Below, one piece after another: positions 59,785-64,000 of a stretch of DNA of 64,000 nucleotides. The notes under the pieces are model-generated. The model made no database searches, was not told where the DNA came from, and saw nothing but the letters and a program-made list of their open reading frames with translations. The DNA comes from Amphibalanus amphitrite (taxonomy: Eukaryota): positions 416,406 through 480,405 of the forward strand of contig NW_024881729.1 in assembly GCF_019059575.1 (NCBI RefSeq), written 5' to 3'. Position numbers and translations under genes: made by a program. How positions within the stretch are numbered: the stretch's first letter is position 1; each line of letters begins with the position of its first letter.

Positions 59785-60845
59785 CGTTCTACAGCTGCGA
59801 CCCGCCATGGCTGGGCCACCGCGGCGGCATCACCTTCAGGGTGGACCTGCCCGTGGCCACCCGCCGGTCGGACCCGCCTGCAGTCCGCAGGGAAGCTGCC
59901 CTGCGAGCCATTGCAGAGCTCCCGCACCCGGACGTCACTATCTGGTCGGACGGCTCGGCTCGCGGCGGACGGAACAGGGCGGCGCAGGCGCTGATCCAGT
60001 TCCACCACCTCAACAGAGAAGAGACCGTGCGCGCTCCTGCAGGGGCGGTCTGCTCCAGCCTAAGAGCAGAACTGACCGCCATGCGCGAGGCGTTCGCGGC
60101 TGTGGCCGGCCTGGAGGACGGGGAGTTGGCATCGACCAAGTCGGTCCGCCTCCTCACCGACTCAAGGTCTGGGCTCCAACTACTCGGCCGCGGCCCAGCT
60201 AACCAGACCATGGCCCTGGCCGCCGAGGTGTGGAGGCTGCTGAGTGCTGAGCACCCTCGCCGAGAACGGCACCGAGACGGTGCTCCAGTGGGTGCCAGGC
60301 CATGCCGGGCTGGACGGCAACGAAACCGCCGACCGCCTGGCTGGCGAGGCCACGGCGGGCGACCAAGACAGCGCACCGATCGACCTGTCGAGTGCGCGAG
60401 CCGCCGTCACGCGCCATGTCCGGGAGCTGTCGCGACAGAGGGCAACCGCTGCCCACCCGCACCCGGACCCCACGCCTGGCCACGACTCCCTGGCGCGCTG
60501 GGGTCGGTGACGCTGTCCCAGCTGAGGACCGGCACATCACCGCTGACCCGTGACACGCTCCACAAGATTGGCCCGGAAGCCGACGACGAATGCCCCGCGT
60601 GCGGGGAGCCCGACAGCGCGGCGCACCTACTGACCGATTGTCCGGCCTATGAGGCGGCCCGCCGCCGCCGCTCGGGTGCCGACCCTCGCCTGGTCGACGT
60701 CCTCGGCGGCCCGGCGACGAAGGTCGTCACCTTCATCGAGGATGTTGGGCGGACCGAGCCGCCGCTCGACCCGCCTGCGCCGCCGCCCCCCTGAGCGGGT
60801 TGGCGATGGGATGCAGAAGAAGAAGAAGAAGCAACTGCCAGCGCG
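59785..60845 (+). mobile_element. 5-prime-truncated LINE fragment (RNase H plus C-terminal zinc-finger region, with two frameshifts) from a family related to the intact element at 29645-33972. Ends in a (GAA)n tail.
   Basis: …DVTIWSDGSA…TDSRSGLQLL…VPGHAGLDGNETAD…CPACGEPDSAAHLLTDCP, compared with the intact element's RNase H and zinc finger. The tail is agaagaagaagaagaag. Confidence 0.8.
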
Positions 60846-62864
60846 CCACGGCGGCGAAGCCGAGTTCCGCCGCTGGACCGCCCGCGCAATGGCCAGCACA
60901 GACAAGAAACAACCGAATCACAACACCTACAATTACGTTATTGTTATGGTATTGACATTGTTACAATTAACCCTGCTCTTTCGAGCGTGGATGCACGCTA
61001 AAATTGTCGCATAATTCCATGCAGCTTCCACCCTTCTGCAATACAAAGTTTGAATACAAAGTAGTCTTACAATAGGTTTAGAACTTATGTGCAGATTGTC
61101 GATGCTGGTTGACTTGATGATTGGAATTGTGTTTATCTGTTTTATCTGTTTTGACTTAAATATATGGCCATGGACTATGGCCTACCTTGGGAAGTGTCTA
61201 TGATTTCAACAAAACATTTTTCATCAGGATACGCTGCAGGGTACATAGTACATACGTAGTGAAAATTTTGGGCATGTATGGGTGCGCATGTGGAGATGTA
61301 GACTGCGAATGAGACGGACTACGACGGTTTTTGAACCAATTAAATCTGATTGACAACATAATGTAGGACTAAAAACTGACTGTCAGAAGAATATTCACAG
61401 AATATTCACTTCACCCGGTACAACGAAAAGGGAAAGTCAGGGAACAGGGGCAGGGTACATCTCGAAGATCAATCAAATTGCAGGTGCCGATTGGTTATGG
61501 ATCATCGTAGCTCAATGTACTGCCTTGTGCTGCTTTATTGATTGAAATTGCATCCAGCTTGTATTGAAAGAAGTCATTATGGAAGATTTTAAAAAGGTTT
61601 TTGAATAATTTAAATACTTTGAATTTATATTTCTGCAGAATTATATACCCGTATCATTCTTTTAATGTCAATATTTGTATATTTTCTAGCATTTAAGGAA
61701 ATAGTGGCCTCAAGTTTTTAGAAAATATCTGATTTTGCTCTCTGGGCCACTGCAGATCCCTAAAAAGTTAGGAGCCGTCTTCATTATTTAATGTATAAAA
61801 CCAAATAAATTATCACTGCTCAAAAGTGGAAGAAATGACAAATGAAAAAAAGTTTTCCTACAGCGTTGCAATCCAGATTTCAAGATAGTGATGGGCGCAC
61901 TAGAAAGCAAGTAAAAGTACTCCACAAGGTAAAAGTAAGGAACAAGAATATCCTTATACTGTTTCAGAATTCGGTAACAAACATTTTTTGTGTGTTTTAA
62001 ATACCCGGACAAATCGATTCCAGAATCAGTCTTGATGATATTATATGGTTTTTGTATGGTGTTGGTGGTACTCGAATGACCAAAGTCAGTACATGTCCAT
62101 CACCTTTCGATATTTCCGTGGTGCTCGCTCCCATTTCATAGCTGCTCACGGTGTTTTGTGCTGACGTCATATGGTGCTGCTCCACTAGCGCCACCATACG
62201 GCGTCAGCTGGCGAATTATCCAGTTAATACCAGAGCCCCTCCATTTCAGAGGGTCTGCATGCAAAATTTCTGTTATTTTTTAGAGTCAAGCTATTGTACT
62301 AAGGGATTTATTTTGGCAATTTAGTCATTTGTTAGGTTATAAGGCTGCAGAAACTTTTAGTTGAGGTTGGTATCCATTATCCAGTTGCAGCTATAATCGT
62401 GTCATATTTTGTATCATTTTCTGAACATGTAAACACCTACCTATATGAATTCAAATTTTGTGATTGTAGAAAAGCAGTTACCCTCACATTGCAGCGGGGA
62501 TTAGAACAATTAACCACACTTGTTATACAAAAAGCCTGTTTGCCATCAATTTTGGGAATCCAAATTGGGTATTGGTAAGGTAGATGTAGCACAAGCTGCC
62601 CGATGCACGAGAATGGGTCTTTCTAACCAAACCTTACCTAACCTGACCTACAACCTACAGCCTTAAACCTAAAATTTACAACCTACGACCTAGTCCTACG
62701 GTATGGCATATCACAACAGCTTGTGCTACGTCTGCTAGTGCTACCATGACCCAACTTTGTGCCAATTCATACCAACTTGGGATGACAGTCACTGCAGATG
62801 ACAGATGTGTGCTGACCATGCAGGTCTTTGTTACAATTGCAATTCTATTGTGTTACAGGTTCGG

Positions 62865-63925
62865 CGTTCTACAGCTGCGACCCGCCATGGCTGGGCCACC
62901 GCAGCGGCATCACCTTCAGGGTGGACCTGCCCGTGGCCACCCGCCGGTCGGACCCGCCTGCAGTCCGCAGGGAAGCTGCCCTGCGAGCCATTGCAGAGCT
63001 CCCGCACCCGGACGTCACTATCTGGTCGGACGGCTCGGCTCGCGGCGGACGGAACAGGGCGGCGCAGGCGCTGATCCAGTTCCACCACCTCAACAGAGAA
63101 GAGACCGTGCGCGCTCCTGCAGGGGCGGTCTGCTCCAGCCTAAGAGCAGAACTGACCGCCATGCGCGAGGCGTTCGCGGCTGTGGCCGGCCTGGAGGACG
63201 GGGAGTTGGCATCGACCAAGTCGGTCCGCCTCCTCACCGACTCAAGGTCTGGGCTCCAACTACTTGGCCGCGGCCCAGCTAACCAGACCATGGCCCTGGC
63301 CGCCGAGGTGTGGAGGCTGCTGAGTGCTGAGCACCCTCACCGAGAACGGCACCGAGACGGTGCTCCAGTGGGTGCCAGGCCATGCCGGGCTGGACGGCAA
63401 CGAAACCGCCGACCTCCTGGCTGGCGAGGCCACGGCGGGCGACCAAGACAGCGCACCGATCGACCTGTCGAGTGCGCGGGCCGCCGTCACGCGCCATGTC
63501 CGGGAGCTGTCGCGACAGAGGGCAACCGCTGCCCACCCGCACCCGGACCCCACGCCTGGCCACGACTCCCTGGCGCGCTGGGGTCGGTGACGCTGTCCCA
63601 GCTGAGGACCGGCACATCACCGCTGACCCGTGACACGCTCCACAAGATTGGCCCGGAAGCCGACGACGAATGCCCCGCGTGCGGGGAGCCCGACCGCGCG
63701 GCGCACCTACTGACCGATTGTCCGGCCTATGAGGCGGCCCGCCGCCGCCGCTGGGGTGTCGACCCTCGCCTGGTCGACGTCCTCGGCGGCCCGGCGACGA
63801 AGGTCGTCACCTTCATCGAGGATGTTGGGCGGACCGAGCCGCCGCTCGACCCGCCTGCGCCGCCGCCCCCCTGAGCGGGTTGGCAATGGGATGCAGAAGA
63901 AGAAGAAGAAGCAACTGCCAGCGCG
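62865..63925 (+). mobile_element. second copy of the same 5-prime-truncated LINE fragment, carrying the same two frameshifts (part of the 3.08-kb tandem duplication)
   Basis: Near-identical to 59785-60845, with a few substitutions. Confidence 0.8.
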
Positions 63926-64000
63926 CCACGGCGGCGAAGCCGAGTTCCGCCGCTGGACCGCCCGCGCAATGGCCAGCACAGACAAGAGACAACCGAATCA

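Larger units (their letters stand above)
59161..64000 (+). repeat. tandem duplication of a roughly 3.08-kb unit: copy 1 at 59161-62240, copy 2 at 62231 to beyond the window end. The copies are about 98% identical. Each unit is about 590 bp of AT-rich sequence, a 5-prime-truncated LINE 3-prime fragment, and about 1.4 kb of AT-rich sequence.
   Basis: ORFs 59748-60794 and 62828-63874 are near-identical at an offset of exactly 3080 bp. The upstream 590 bp is also shared (ccctccatttcag…). Confidence 0.85.

Noticed and set aside
1-64000. A prokaryotic-style novel system (defence island, CRISPR, operon)
   Set aside because: The sequence carries spliced metazoan genes (ephrin, ERCC6L2), LINEs, Tc1/mariner remnants and microsatellites. 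The (GA)n and other tandem repeats lack CRISPR repeat-spacer architecture. No operon-like ORF clusters.
1-64000. tRNA, rRNA or snRNA genes
   Set aside because: No convincing cloverleaf T-loop (GGTTCGA-type) or rRNA-like conserved blocks found on manual scan. A search with tRNAscan or Infernal would be needed to be definitive.

Overview
This window is eukaryotic (metazoan), very GC-rich nuclear DNA, not a prokaryotic locus. Most six-frame ORFs are spurious products of the high GC content. The real genes are spliced.

Two convergent protein-coding genes are recognisable by reading exons and splice sites.

(1) Plus strand: an ephrin gene, ephrin-A-like. It has a signal peptide, a receptor-binding domain with all four conserved Cys, a Pro-rich linker and a C-terminal GPI-anchor signal. 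There are 6 coding exons from 1517 to 45714. Intron 1 is about 36.8 kb and is filled with transposons and simple repeats.

(2) Minus strand: an ERCC6L2-like SNF2-family helicase gene. At least 16 coding exons run from 56846 down to a stop at 48324. Helicase motif I, the DEAH box, and several segments with about 50-60% identity to human ERCC6L2 are all present.

The two stop codons are about 2.6 kb apart, with a TA-flanked Tc1/mariner remnant between them.

Transposable elements:
- an apparently intact single-ORF LINE (apurinic endonuclease, reverse transcriptase, RNase H and zinc finger; 1347 aa) with a 17-bp target-site duplication
- two CR1/L2-like reverse-transcriptase fragments
- a recent roughly 3.08-kb tandem duplication carrying a 5-prime-truncated LINE fragment
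- three small non-autonomous DNA elements, one of them inserted 1 bp into the ephrin intron-1 donor site

Other notable structures: tandemly triplicated splice junctions at two adjacent ERCC6L2 exons; a 68-bp perfect palindrome; a cluster of DR1-spaced TGACCT half-sites just upstream of ephrin exon 3; and numerous microsatellites and minisatellites.

I found no evidence of a prokaryote-style defence or other novel multi-gene system. The interesting biology here is gene structure and mobile-element dynamics.
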